Shown here: positions 37,800-48,035 of the stretch, one piece after another
Layout of the letters: each line of letters opens with the position of its first letter
Position numbering within the stretch: position 1 is the stretch's first letter
Origin: a virus
Reading direction: 5' to 3' (one strand)
Virus record (IMG/VR): IMGVR_UViG_3300011339_000793
Location: 58,902 to 122,901 of that record
DNA: 64,000 bases
The notes under the pieces: generated by a model
The model's database searches: none
What the model was told of the DNA's origin: nothing
Seen by the model: only the letters and a program-made list of their open reading frames with translations
Translations under genes and position numbers: made by a program

Positions 37800-38690
37800 A
37801 AAATTGTTTGTAGTTGACTTTGCGGCGGAGCCGCAAAGCGGAGTCTAATGGTAGATTGCCGTCAAGTCAATTCGACACGCTCACCGTTCAGTGCAATCCC
37901 TGGCCGCTGTCGGTTACTGACAACTATAAATAACTTTCCAATGCTCACGCCGGCATCCCAAGTTTTTTACTTTTTGCTAATGCGGTGGAGGTGGAGGCGG
38001 TTCTGGCGGAGGAGGGCCTCGCCTGGTAGCGACATCTAAACAACTTGCGGTTCTCACCATCTGGGACTCCAGCGGTTAATCACGCGACGCGTTATTAGGG
38101 CAGGCCGTTATTAATTTCTTTGACTTTTCTGGAGGTCTGGCAAACCGAGGTTGGTGCAACTACCAACAACTCACGGTTCCTCTGCGGCGAACGGTCTTCA
38201 GGCTGGCCGCCGTTACACAACCAAACAACTTCGACATCTCTACCTGGTTCGTCCCACTGGCACGCCGTCTTTTACTTTTTGCTGTTCTTCGCGGTTTGCT
38301 GTTGAACTAGAAACAACTTCTTACCATCAGGGCTGAAGCCCGTTAGGCGCTCGCCGTCTTACGCATACTTAGTTAGGTGTAAGGGTGTACGGTTACTACC
38401 ATACAGTGACGTCCAACTGCAAGTGACTACGAACAACCGTTCACTACTGGTCAGTAGATTCGACAGCGGTTGCTCCATAAGACATCACACCTTGTTCCTT
38501 TGTGGCAGCGCAATATGGGCAGCGGTTATATGCTCCCTGCTCCCACGCCGTTCCACACCAGAAGCAATCGGTTAGAACTGTCTCGAACTCCACTATCGGT
38601 TACTCTCTTTCCCTTTATATACGCAGGCCGGCTTTTTACTTTTTACTACCGTTGCCACGCCGTTATTCGATTTGACAGATGTTAGTTTAT
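37800..38690. repeat. Noncoding block rich in C[CG]GTT pentamers and other dispersed motifs
   Basis: 19 C[CG]GTT counted in 37860-38670; also TTTTACTTTTTGCT, AAACAACTT and one CTACT-N4-AGTAG. Confidence 0.7.
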
Positions 38691-38872
38691 TAACTAGACT
38701 GTGCATTAGCACCGTCTAGTAAATAAACCTGTATCTTGGAAACCAAAGCGGTTGCTTCATTAGCGCGAGCCGTTGCTCGTATGTGCGCTTGCCGGTCTGT
38801 TGAAAACTCTATGTCCTCCATGCAGCGGATTGCGTGCTCGGTTGCTGCGGTTAGTAAATTGTCTATAGTCAC
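38690..38872 (-). CDS. Hypothetical protein
   Basis: Coupled to upstream ORF. Confidence 0.55.
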   Translation of the reverse strand: MTIDNLLTAATEHAIRCMEDIEFSTDRQAHIRATARANEATALVSKIQVYLLDGANAQSS

Positions 38873-39777
38873 TCGGGCCTGGCCGCCTCTTCGGTTTCAG
38901 TAGTTGAAAGTTCAACTAACGGTTCTGCATCAATAATGTTTGTATCTGGAGAGGCCGCTTGTATTTGATTCAAGGCAGCGTTTCTCAGGGACTCAAGCCG
39001 TTGGGCAATAATCTCGTGCGGTTGTAGACCTACGTTCTCTACCTCCACCGTCAACTCCACTCCTCCACGCACGCCGGCGCGGTCAAGGATTTCGGTTGAC
39101 GCTTTCAAGCGCACTGGTTCTGATTGGGCATCCATCATAAGTTCTTCAAGAACCTCGACAGCGTAAGGTGCACTCTGAACAATTTTTGCACGTGCCCGTT
39201 CGATGTCCCCTCCAGGCTTTCGTGAATACTTCAGATGGTAGCGACAAGCACCGTCATCCTTCAGACGCCCGCTTGTCCACATTAGACAACGGATACCGTC
39301 TGACTTGACAACTTTACATCTATGTGGTAGACCCTTCGGTTGACGCTTGGCAGAAACCTCGCCGCTCTCTTGTTCTTTGAGATAAGCACGGGTTGAGGCG
39401 ATTACCCAGGGAGGGGTCATCTTGCAAGCCGTTGCATCAATTATCAAGTCCAGGCCGGTCAAGAAGTCTGAATTGTTATTAGTTGGGTCCGTTAGGAGCG
39501 GACGACGTTCTGAAAAGTTAACAAGCCTGCGCTCGCGGAGTTGTTCTTTAGAGCGTGCCGATATGAGACCCGTTGAATGTCCAATTTGGTCGTAGACATA
39601 ATCCCAAGTAAGTCCTGCGTCTCTAAGGATTTGACGGTTCTCAAAAGTATCTTCACAGACCCCACGGTCATACTCAACAATCCCAAACTCGTTTAGGTCA
39701 GGCCTAAGGTCTAGGGGTGTTGATATATCTGGGAGGCCGGCTTCGTCCGGTTCGTTTATCTCTAATTCACTACTCAT
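38869..39777 (-). CDS. Probable terminase small subunit
   Basis: Cys/His cluster (CKVVKSDGIRC...ACRYH) then APYAVEVLEELM..AQSEPVRLKASTEILDRAG, a helical motif typical of phage TerS-like proteins. Confidence 0.5.
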   Translation of the reverse strand: MSSELEINEPDEAGLPDISTPLDLRPDLNEFGIVEYDRGVCEDTFENRQILRDAGLTWDYVYDQIGHSTGLISARSKEQLRERRLVNFSERRPLLTDPTNNNSDFLTGLDLIIDATACKMTPPWVIASTRAYLKEQESGEVSAKRQPKGLPHRCKVVKSDGIRCLMWTSGRLKDDGACRYHLKYSRKPGGDIERARAKIVQSAPYAVEVLEELMMDAQSEPVRLKASTEILDRAGVRGGVELTVEVENVGLQPHEIIAQRLESLRNAALNQIQAASPDTNIIDAEPLVELSTTETEEAARPE

Positions 39778-39872
39778 TTTTACTTTTTGCTTTCCAAAAA
39801 GGTTTGCCCCCTGCAGATAATTATTTTATTATATTTTTTACTGCAGGGGGACAAACCAATTTTATTTAGGTC

Positions 39873-40163
39873 TTACTTTTTCTTAGCGGTCTTCTTCGGT
39901 GCTTTGGCGGCGGTCTCTAGTTTCTTAGATACCTCTTTCGCTGCGGCTTCTGCGACACGCCCGAATGCTGGGTCCTTCTTATTGACGAATCGCAATGCGA
40001 CTGGCACAAGAGATGCCCATAGGGAGTTAGCAACCAACAACCACTCTGACTGACCGAAGTCCAAAGGACTTCCGATACCACTTGTTGACATAACAATAGT
40101 GATAGCGCCGATAGCCTGGCCAAGCAAGTTCCGAACGTAGGACTCAATGAGTGCCTTATTCAT
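39873..40163 (-). CDS. Holin-like membrane protein
   Basis: Two TM segments, LRFVNKKDPAFG, basic C-terminus. Confidence 0.6.
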   Translation of the reverse strand: MNKALIESYVRNLLGQAIGAITIVMSTSGIGSPLDFGQSEWLLVANSLWASLVPVALRFVNKKDPAFGRVAEAAAKEVSKKLETAAKAPKKTAKKK

Positions 40164-40493
40164 CTTTTTCTCTCTTCCGCGTATCTATAATGGAAGGTGA
40201 TACGCTTCAATAACAGACATTAGCAGATACAATGCCAAAAGTTTTTGTAAAAACGCTGAGAGATAGTTACCTTTTACTTAACAAGAAATAGTTTTAGGCG
40301 TAGAAATCAGCATAAAATAATTGATTATTATATGATAGAAACTATTAAAAAATGTTGTGGCAAAGTGCTTTTGGAATTAGGTTTTGAGTCCTAAATATCG
40401 TCGTAGCAGATACCGCAAACCCACCAAGCAAAGACTTCAATAGCCTCTGACTCTGGCACAGGTTCCTCGCAACGGGAACATTTTATTGTATCT

Positions 40494-41997
40494 TCACTCA
40501 TCGGTTTTGCGTTCTACTTCAAACGGTCTTTTGAAATCTCTATAATCGTTTTCAGATAGAGGTTTGTATTTTTCTTCTCTCAACATATCAATGACCCTCC
40601 GCATACCAAGGGTGTAGAGAGTTTTGTCCTCTGCTCCCATAGCCTCTTCCCAATCTCGGATTAGAAGTGAGATGTTGTTGACTAGTTCTTGGTCTCTGTT
40701 GTCTATGGCTTCCTCTATAAAAGAAATCAAGTCTGGAGCACCATCTGGTTTAATATCTCCAGTCATCATCTTTCCTTGGATGAACTCCGAGATTATTCTT
40801 TTGATTTCTGCTTTGGTCATGACAATCTTCCATTCTTTTGTAGATTGAAATTACAGTCGTGGCACAGAAGAATATCCATGCGGTCAGTGATTTTGTCTTT
40901 GTCTGGTTCTGCTGAAAGACCTGTTTTCGTTATAATAACTGGAATCAAATTGTTGTCAGTTCCACAGGCGGAACAAACTGCTGCACCTTCAATCCAATCA
41001 AAAGAACCACCCTTCTCCATCAAGGAAGCAATACCCTGAGATAGAGCATGAAGTGGACCATTACCTCTAGAGAATCTAATAAAAGGATTTAGATTGGTTG
41101 TTGTAATAACTGGTCGGAACTTATCGCAGTGGCATCGTCTAGCGTTTGGTTTGCAATGATATAGACCAGTAATTGATTTTCTATGTCTAGAATAAGAATG
41201 CCCGCAGATGCAGACCTCTCTCGCACGACGCTTGTCTTTTTGGAGGTTTAGGTCAGTAGCAGTCTCTTTTAGTTCTGTCTCAGAGAATCCGAACTTCTCT
41301 AGAGCAGACTTTGTAGTTTGCTCGTTAAGATTTTGGGAATTGTTCTCCACCGAAATCCCTCCTCATCTTGTCAATAATCTCTTGGAACTCTTCTTCGGTT
41401 TCAATCTTTTCTTGGATATGAGATAGAAAGTCTTCCATCATTTTTCTTTTTCTTATTCGGTCAAGGTATCTGACCCAAGAGAAAGAAGCAAGGTTCATTA
41501 GAAAACATATTGAAGCAAGTATAATAAAATCTAATACTCCTAGAGTTATTATATTATTCATCAACTTCTAACTCCTCCACAACACCAATCGTTATTAGAT
41601 GTCTATAGATAGCATTAGCATCTCCCATAGCAATCTCAACCCACTTCTCGTAGTCATCTCCTACGGGTAGCCTATTTGGGAACCAATATTTCATTAGCGC
41701 TATAACCATTTCATCAATTAAGATATTGGTCTCTAACGCAACATTGCTGTTTTCTTCTTCTTCCATTGTCTTCCTCGTCTCTTATTGCTTCCAGGCATCT
41801 GGTAAATCTAGAGGCGTGCAAGCGGTTATCTTTGATTTACAATCAAGGCAGGTTCCTTCAGTTGCCCACATTGAAATGTTGTAACTATCTTGACAAAATC
41901 TCACAGGGATTACTAGCCACACACAACCGCACATAGGACATACGGGAGTGGGTATTCCACTAGCATCCATCTCTGGGAACTGGTCAGATTTATTCAT
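40494..41997 (-). CDS. Five hypothetical ORFs (40494-40820, 40817-41350 Cys-rich, 41325-41564, 41554-41766, 41782-41997 Zn-ribbon)
   Basis: ORF track; overlapping arrangement. Confidence 0.65.
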
Positions 41998-42464
41998 CTT
42001 GTCTTTCCATCCTTTGGATAACTTAACCTACACCCTGGTCTTGTATTTGTCTATCCACCCTATAGAACCTATTTTTTCTACCTAATCTTTCTATTGTAAC
42101 TATACTCCTGACTTTTTCTTATTTTGAATTATACACCAAGAATTCTATGACTTTGTATAACTTCTATTGACCACTATAAAAACCCTTAACGCGTAGGGCG
42201 TATCTTAAGGGTTAACGGATTTTATACTGGTAAATACTACAATACTTAGATAGAATGATAGAAAAAATAGAATATTCTATTATACTAGACCAAGAAATCT
42301 TTGTAAATCAAAAAATAATTTCTATTGCCAATAGAAAGTTTTTTTCTTTCATCACTTCTATTTACCACTATTATTCTATCAAAGTATCGGCAAAGTGACT
42401 TGACATAGACCCCTAAAATTTGACAAGACAACTGCCAACTTAACATATAGATTAGGGTTGTCAG

Positions 42465-42668
42465 TTAGTTTTTTCTATGTTTTTTGATGTATCGCAAAGC
42501 AAAACCAAGAACTAAAACATCATCCATTTGACCCAACACAGGGATAAAATCAGGAATCAAATCTATTGGAGATGCTAAATATAGAACCAGCAATCCAACT
42601 ACAACCTTGACATGGAGTGGACAACTACGAACATCTTCTATGATGGATTTGTATTTCTCAAACTTCAT
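42465..42668 (-). CDS. DUF1232 (YkvA) family membrane protein
   Basis: [25 protein letters not shown]. Confidence 0.9.
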   Translation of the reverse strand: MKFEKYKSIIEDVRSCPLHVKVVVGLLVLYLASPIDLIPDFIPVLGQMDDVLVLGFALRYIKKHRKN

Positions 42669-43293
42669 AGACAGTTTCTTTATGATGCTTGACCTTTACT
42701 TCAGGGTCTACAAAAATCTTGAATCCAGCCCTAGAGGCATTGGCACACCAAGAGTAGTCTTCACCAACATTGACTTTGACTTCCCCTAATTGTATACGGT
42801 TGATGAAAAACCAGGGCCTCTCCATTTTTTCAAAGACTCCCCTTTTGACAGCCAAGAATCCAAAACCAACCCCACCCACTTCAACAAACTCGCTATGTAA
42901 TAGAAACTCAACCTTGTTGACCCTAGTAGGTAGCCCACCCTCGCTAGGGTAGTTGACCGCAACATTGCCAGCCACATCCAGTTGATATAGACCAGAGACA
43001 ATATCTAGGTCTGAATCCCACAACTTTAGGAAGTCTTCAGGTTCCCACTCAATATCTGAATCAATCCAGAATATCTTGTCATACTCGACCCCACCAGCAA
43101 CTTCATTGGTTGTCCACGAATGCGAACTACTATCTAGAGCAGTCAACTCTCTAGCGGTTGGCACAAAGGAGGAAAACCGAGAGATGAAGGAATAATCTAC
43201 CCCTCGCTCATCTAAAGCCCTACAAGTCTTCACCAAACTCTTTACATACCCCATCTTGGCATCAGAGCCAGGGGTAGCAATCAAAACTCTCAT
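42658..43293 (-). CDS. GT-A-fold glycosyltransferase-like protein (copy 1)
   Basis: [14 protein letters not shown] (DxD), [21 protein letters not shown] in C-terminus. Confidence 0.75.
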   Translation of the reverse strand: MRVLIATPGSDAKMGYVKSLVKTCRALDERGVDYSFISRFSSFVPTARELTALDSSSHSWTTNEVAGGVEYDKIFWIDSDIEWEPEDFLKLWDSDLDIVSGLYQLDVAGNVAVNYPSEGGLPTRVNKVEFLLHSEFVEVGGVGFGFLAVKRGVFEKMERPWFFINRIQLGEVKVNVGEDYSWCANASRAGFKIFVDPEVKVKHHKETVYEV

Positions 43294-43961
43294 ATAGTCC
43301 ACCCAACCTCTTTATAGTGGGCAACCTGCACAGTTTTGTCTACCATAATCTTATATCCAGCCTTATTTGCTTTTAGACACCACGAGAAGTCTTCCCCCAA
43401 AGAGACAGGCATACCTGACATCTCTATGGTATCTATATTAAAGTATGGCCTTTCTAATGACTCGAACACCCCCGCTGCCACACATAGAAACCCAAACCCA
43501 ACAGTGTAGGTCTCAACAACTTCTTGACCTGAAGGTATGTAGCCTAGAAAGTTTCTTTTGTTATGCCAGTAGGGAATCCCATTATCTCCCTTATAAAAGA
43601 CGCAAAGGTTTCCAGAACCATCAGCAGGGTATATCCCCGAAATTATACTTTCCTGACTTTCATAGAGTTTCATAAAGTCATCTGGAGTCCAAGCAATATC
43701 TGAATCAATCCAGAAGATTTTGTTGTAAGTAATGCCTTGAAGGATAGGCTTTTCTAAAAACTCATCTTTGTTGTCCATAGGACGAGGATTTGATAGAACC
43801 GTTGCCTCCCTTGCGTGAGAGACAAAAGAAGAGTATTCACTAGTAAAAGACCAACTTATATTTTCTTCTTCAAGCCTTTTTATAGTGTGCATAAGGCTTT
43901 TTACATAAGCACTTTTCATAGAGTGCCCAGGGGTTGCTATTACTACATCGCGGTGTGTCAT
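43290..43961 (-). CDS. GT-A-fold glycosyltransferase-like protein (copy 2)
   Basis: VVIATP, WIDSDIAW, GFGFLCV, GEDFSWC. Confidence 0.75.
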   Translation of the reverse strand: MTHRDVVIATPGHSMKSAYVKSLMHTIKRLEEENISWSFTSEYSSFVSHAREATVLSNPRPMDNKDEFLEKPILQGITYNKIFWIDSDIAWTPDDFMKLYESQESIISGIYPADGSGNLCVFYKGDNGIPYWHNKRNFLGYIPSGQEVVETYTVGFGFLCVAAGVFESLERPYFNIDTIEMSGMPVSLGEDFSWCLKANKAGYKIMVDKTVQVAHYKEVGWTI

Positions 43962-43997
43962 CAGGCTCCCACCTTATTGCTCTGTTAAGATAATTCT

Positions 43998-44433
43998 ATG
44001 GACGACGATATTCTAGATTTTACTTGTGATTGGGACGGTTGTCCAACTCACCTTATAGAGGGAGCCAAAGGGGAAGAGTTCATAACTGTCATTGCGCAGG
44101 ATGCTCTCAAGTTCTTTTACTCCACAGATTGTTTAGCACTCTGGGCGGGCAGTTTCCCCATAGGCTATCTAGTTACAGGCAGAAACGCTGAAGATGTATA
44201 AGCCACTAGATAGTGAAGTTCTTTTTGAAATTAGTGAAGCAATTATGCTTGATAGAGATTGGTCTCCTAAAGATAACCCAATAGAGTTTGATAGAGATAG
44301 AGACGATAGTCAGATAGTTCTTATACAAGAAGACTTTGATACTTACATAAAATACCTCCATAAATGGGGCTATAGCGTCATAGAAACGGCTAAACTTACA
44401 CCTACTAAATCTAAATCAAAAGTAGGGGAGTAA
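43998..44433 (+). CDS. Two small hypothetical ORFs (43998-44201, 44194-44433)
   Basis: ORF track; overlapping. Confidence 0.55.
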
Positions 44434-44518
44434 GACCAAAAATGAATTGGATACAAGCATCAATTATTTTTGGACCAATAATTATTCTACTTATCGCATT
44501 CTGGAAGGATATTAAATA

Positions 44519-45295
44519 ATGGCAACAAAACAAGGAACAGCAGCCCGAATCATCGAAGTTGCTACAGCGGAAATTGGAACTATCGAAGGTCCAAAAGATA
44601 ACCAAACAAAGTATGGTGCTTTTACAAAAGTGAACTTTCAACCTTGGTGTGGAAGTTTCGTTATGTGGTGCGCTAATGAAGCAGGAGTAAAGGTTCCTAA
44701 TACAGTTTCAACTGTTGCAGGTGCAGATGCTTTCAAGAAGCAGAAGCGTTGGTATGACAATGATGGAACAAATGTTCCAGAGCCAGGCGATATCATCTAT
44801 TTTGATTTCCCAGGTGACGGCGTTGATAGAATTTCTCACGTTGGTATTGTTGCTAAGGTAGATGCAAAGAGCGGAATCGCTATCTGTATCGAAGGAAACA
44901 CCGCAGGAAACCCAAAGGGAGACCAGCGAAATGGCGGAGAGACTTGCAAGAAGGAACGTGCATTCCGTAAAAACAATGCAAAGAAACTTCTTATGGGAGT
45001 TGTCGGTTGGGGTCGTCCTGACTACGCAGGTTCATCTGCTAATCCAGTAGAACCAAAAACTACACCAGCACCTGTTACTGACCCACTTGTTTATCCTGGT
45101 GAAACAATTGACCCAGGTGAATCAGGTATTCATATTAAAACTATTCAACAAAAACTCAAAGTTCCTAAGCCAGATGGTGTTTATGGTCCAGTAACAAAGA
45201 AAGCAGTAATTGCTTTCCAGAAAGCAAATCCAAAACTTGGTGCTGCTGATGGCGTTGTTGGTCCTAAAACTTGGGCAGCAATTATAAAACTTTGA
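44519..45295 (+). CDS. Endolysin: CHAP amidase plus PG-binding domain
   Basis: QPWCGSFVMWC, PGDIIYFD, SHVGIV, IEGN; C-terminal DGVYGPVT/DGVVGPKTW. Confidence 0.9.
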   Translation: MATKQGTAARIIEVATAEIGTIEGPKDNQTKYGAFTKVNFQPWCGSFVMWCANEAGVKVPNTVSTVAGADAFKKQKRWYDNDGTNVPEPGDIIYFDFPGDGVDRISHVGIVAKVDAKSGIAICIEGNTAGNPKGDQRNGGETCKKERAFRKNNAKKLLMGVVGWGRPDYAGSSANPVEPKTTPAPVTDPLVYPGETIDPGESGIHIKTIQQKLKVPKPDGVYGPVTKKAVIAFQKANPKLGAADGVVGPKTWAAIIKL

Positions 45296-45639
45296 TAAAC
45301 AAACTCTACGATATTTATATCTCTGGACCAATGACAGGTCAACCAGAGTTTAATTATCCTTTGTTCAATAAGACAGCAGAAGTGCTACGCTCTTATGGCT
45401 ATGTCGTATTTAATCCAGCAGAATGTTTTGAAGGTAGAACAGACCTGCCAAAAGAAGTTTATATGCGAGAAGACATAAGAGCAGTAGTAGATAGCAAAGT
45501 AGTAGTTACTTTACCTTTTTGGGTTGAATCCCCTGGGGCTTTACTTGAGGTTGAGGTTGCTAAGGCTTGTGGTGTTAGTGTTATATCATTCGAAGAGTTT
45601 ATAAATAAAGAACAGGGAATGCAAACGCTAGAGTATTAG
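45271..45639 (+). CDS. DUF4406 / nucleoside 2-deoxyribosyltransferase-like protein (start uncertain)
   Basis: IYISGPMTG..EFNYP.F, VFNPA, W..S.GALLEV..A. Confidence 0.8.
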   Translation: MGSNYKTLINKLYDIYISGPMTGQPEFNYPLFNKTAEVLRSYGYVVFNPAECFEGRTDLPKEVYMREDIRAVVDSKVVVTLPFWVESPGALLEVEVAKACGVSVISFEEFINKEQGMQTLEY

Positions 45640-45648
45640 GGAGAAATA

Positions 45649-45882
45649 ATGTCTAATGACAACGTAGCAGTTCGTTGGAGTGATTACGATGAGTTTCGTT
45701 CACGAATAGAATACGATACAAGAAATAAAATATCAGAAGACTTACAAAGAAAGATTGCTATTGTAAAAGAGTCTTCTCTTTCAAATGAATTTCTTGCTGG
45801 TTTATCGCTGGCTAATGCTATTGTATTACAACAGACAGAGGACATTGCGTTGGACGAGAGTCCTCAAACACTGCTACCTTAG
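45649..45882 (+). CDS. Hypothetical protein
   Basis: SD GGGAG; ORF track. Confidence 0.6.
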   Translation: MSNDNVAVRWSDYDEFRSRIEYDTRNKISEDLQRKIAIVKESSLSNEFLAGLSLANAIVLQQTEDIALDESPQTLLP

Positions 45883-45971
45883 TTTTAGATAGTATTACTC
45901 TCTAAGGAAGACAATTCCTTAGACGAAACGAAAAAAGACCATCGCTCATCACTTGAAAAGGGGACATCTCT

Positions 45972-48017
45972 ATGTCTATTAGTTTTTCTTTCCGCCTATC
46001 AGAAGATTTTATTAATGGATATAAAGAACGTAAAGCACCGTTTGGTTATAGAGATGCAGCGGGAAACTCGGTTGGAGAGATTACTTTTCTTCGCACATAC
46101 TCTAGATTAAAAGAAGATGGAACTAAAGAGACTTGGGTTGATGTATGCGAGCGCGTAATCAACGGTATGTATTCATTACAAAAAGAACACGCTAAATCTA
46201 ATAGACTTCCTTGGTCTGATACTAAAGCAGCGGCTTCTGCAAAAGAAGCATTCGAGCGCTTGTTTGAATTAAAGTGGTCTCCCCCGGGTCGCGGCCTTTG
46301 GGTTATGGGAACACCAATTGTTATGGCACAAAGAAACTCTGCTGCATTGCAAAACTGTGCTTTTGTTTCAACAAAAGAAATGACTAAAGCAGACCCATCG
46401 AAACCATTTACTTTTCTTATGGAAGCATCAATGCTTGGTGTTGGTGTTGGTTTTGATGACAAAGGCGCTGACAAAGATTTTACAATCTATGAACCACTAG
46501 AAGGAGAGACATATGTCGTACCAGATACCAGAGAAGGGTGGGTCAAAACACTTGAACTCATCATCAATGCCTACTTACGACCAGATATGAAGGCTCCAAT
46601 ATTTGATTACTCAGAAGTCCGTCCAGCAGGCACTCCAATCAAAACGTTTGGTGGAACAGCAGCAGGACACGAACCGTTAGAGCGTCTTGTAAACCACATC
46701 ACTAAATTGTTTAGTGGTCGCGCAGGAGAGAAAGTAACTCGCAAGGACATTGCAGACATTGGAAATATGATTGGTGTTTGTGTTGTATCAGGCAACGTTC
46801 GTCGTTCCGCAGAACTTCTCATTGGTCGAATTGATGATGCAGACTTTTTGAATCTAAAGAACCCAGAGGTTTATCCAGAGCGCAACTCTTATGACCCAAA
46901 GAATCCAGGTTGGGCTTGGATGTCTAACAATTCTGTAGAAGCAACCGTTGGCGCAAACCTTGACTCAATTGTTGATGGTATCGCTCGTAATGGTGAACCT
47001 GGAGTTATTTGGTTAGATGTGTCTCGTCAATATGGTCGTTTGGTTGACCCACCTAATAACAAGGATTATCGCGTAGAAGGTTATAACCCTTGCGCTGAAC
47101 AATCACTAGAGTCCTACGAGATGTGCACGCTTGTGGAGACTTACCTTAATCGCCACGAGGACCTAGATGATTACAAGCGAACACTTAAATTTGCTTATCT
47201 TTATGCCAAAACTGTGACACTTCTTCCAACTCATTGGGCAGAGACAAACGCAATTATGCAGCGTAATCGTCGCATTGGAACTTCAATGTCAGGCGTAGCA
47301 AACTTTGCAGACAACCGAGGACTTCCAGCACTTCGTCAATGGATGGACAAGGGATACGAGACAATTAAGTATTACGACACTACTTATTCAGAATGGCTTG
47401 GAATCCGTGAATCTATCAAGACGACAACTGTTAAGCCTTCTGGCACAGTTTCCATTCTTGCTGGTGAAAGTCCTGGCGTCCATTGGACTCCTGGTGGTAA
47501 GTATTTTATGCGTACCATTCGCTTTGCTAATTCAGACCCTATGCTTCCGTTATTTAAGTTGGCGAACTACAAAGTTGAACCAGCATCGGAATCACCAGAC
47601 ACTACATCGGTTGTTTATTTTCCAATCAAGTCTGAGTCCAAGAGGGCTGAAAAGGATGTCTCAATCTACGAAAAGATGGCGTTAGCAGCATACGCACAAC
47701 GCTACTGGTCAGATAACTCTGTATCAGTAACTGTCTCTTTCAACCCTGAAACAGAATCAGAAGCGGTTGGAACTGTTCTCCATCTCTATGACGGCCAACT
47801 CAAGACTGTCTCCTTCCTTCCTTCAGGAAACTTCACATATCCACAAATGCCATACACACAAATTACCGAAGAAGAATATGAAGAACAAGGCACGATGCGC
47901 CTGTTTCCAATTGACTTTTCAGGGGTGTATGCTGGAATGGCAGCAGACGCTATCGGCGAGGCATATTGCACAACAGATGCGTGTGAAGTAAAACTTATTA
48001 GCGAGAATCAAAAGTAG
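45972..48017 (+). CDS. nrdJ: Class II (adenosylcobalamin-dependent) ribonucleoside-triphosphate reductase
   Basis: FLRTYSR, PPGRGLW, NCAF, GNVRRSA, NPCAE, TTVKPSGTVS, C-terminal CTTDAC. Confidence 0.92.
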   Translation: MSISFSFRLSEDFINGYKERKAPFGYRDAAGNSVGEITFLRTYSRLKEDGTKETWVDVCERVINGMYSLQKEHAKSNRLPWSDTKAAASAKEAFERLFELKWSPPGRGLWVMGTPIVMAQRNSAALQNCAFVSTKEMTKADPSKPFTFLMEASMLGVGVGFDDKGADKDFTIYEPLEGETYVVPDTREGWVKTLELIINAYLRPDMKAPIFDYSEVRPAGTPIKTFGGTAAGHEPLERLVNHITKLFSGRAGEKVTRKDIADIGNMIGVCVVSGNVRRSAELLIGRIDDADFLNLKNPEVYPERNSYDPKNPGWAWMSNNSVEATVGANLDSIVDGIARNGEPGVIWLDVSRQYGRLVDPPNNKDYRVEGYNPCAEQSLESYEMCTLVETYLNRHEDLDDYKRTLKFAYLYAKTVTLLPTHWAETNAIMQRNRRIGTSMSGVANFADNRGLPALRQWMDKGYETIKYYDTTYSEWLGIRESIKTTTVKPSGTVSILAGESPGVHWTPGGKYFMRTIRFANSDPMLPLFKLANYKVEPASESPDTTSVVYFPIKSESKRAEKDVSIYEKMALAAYAQRYWSDNSVSVTVSFNPETESEAVGTVLHLYDGQLKTVSFLPSGNFTYPQMPYTQITEEEYEEQGTMRLFPIDFSGVYAGMAADAIGEAYCTTDACEVKLISENQK

Positions 48018-48035
48018 ATAGAAAAGGAATACGCA

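Noticed and set aside
23131-38690. CRISPR or mini-array from repeated boxes with ~30-nt spacers
   Set aside because: The two boxes differ from each other, flip independently and are not tandem; no cas genes seen
45972-48017. Intein or intron in the RNR gene
   Set aside because: Length (681 aa) and continuous motifs fit an uninterrupted class II RNR
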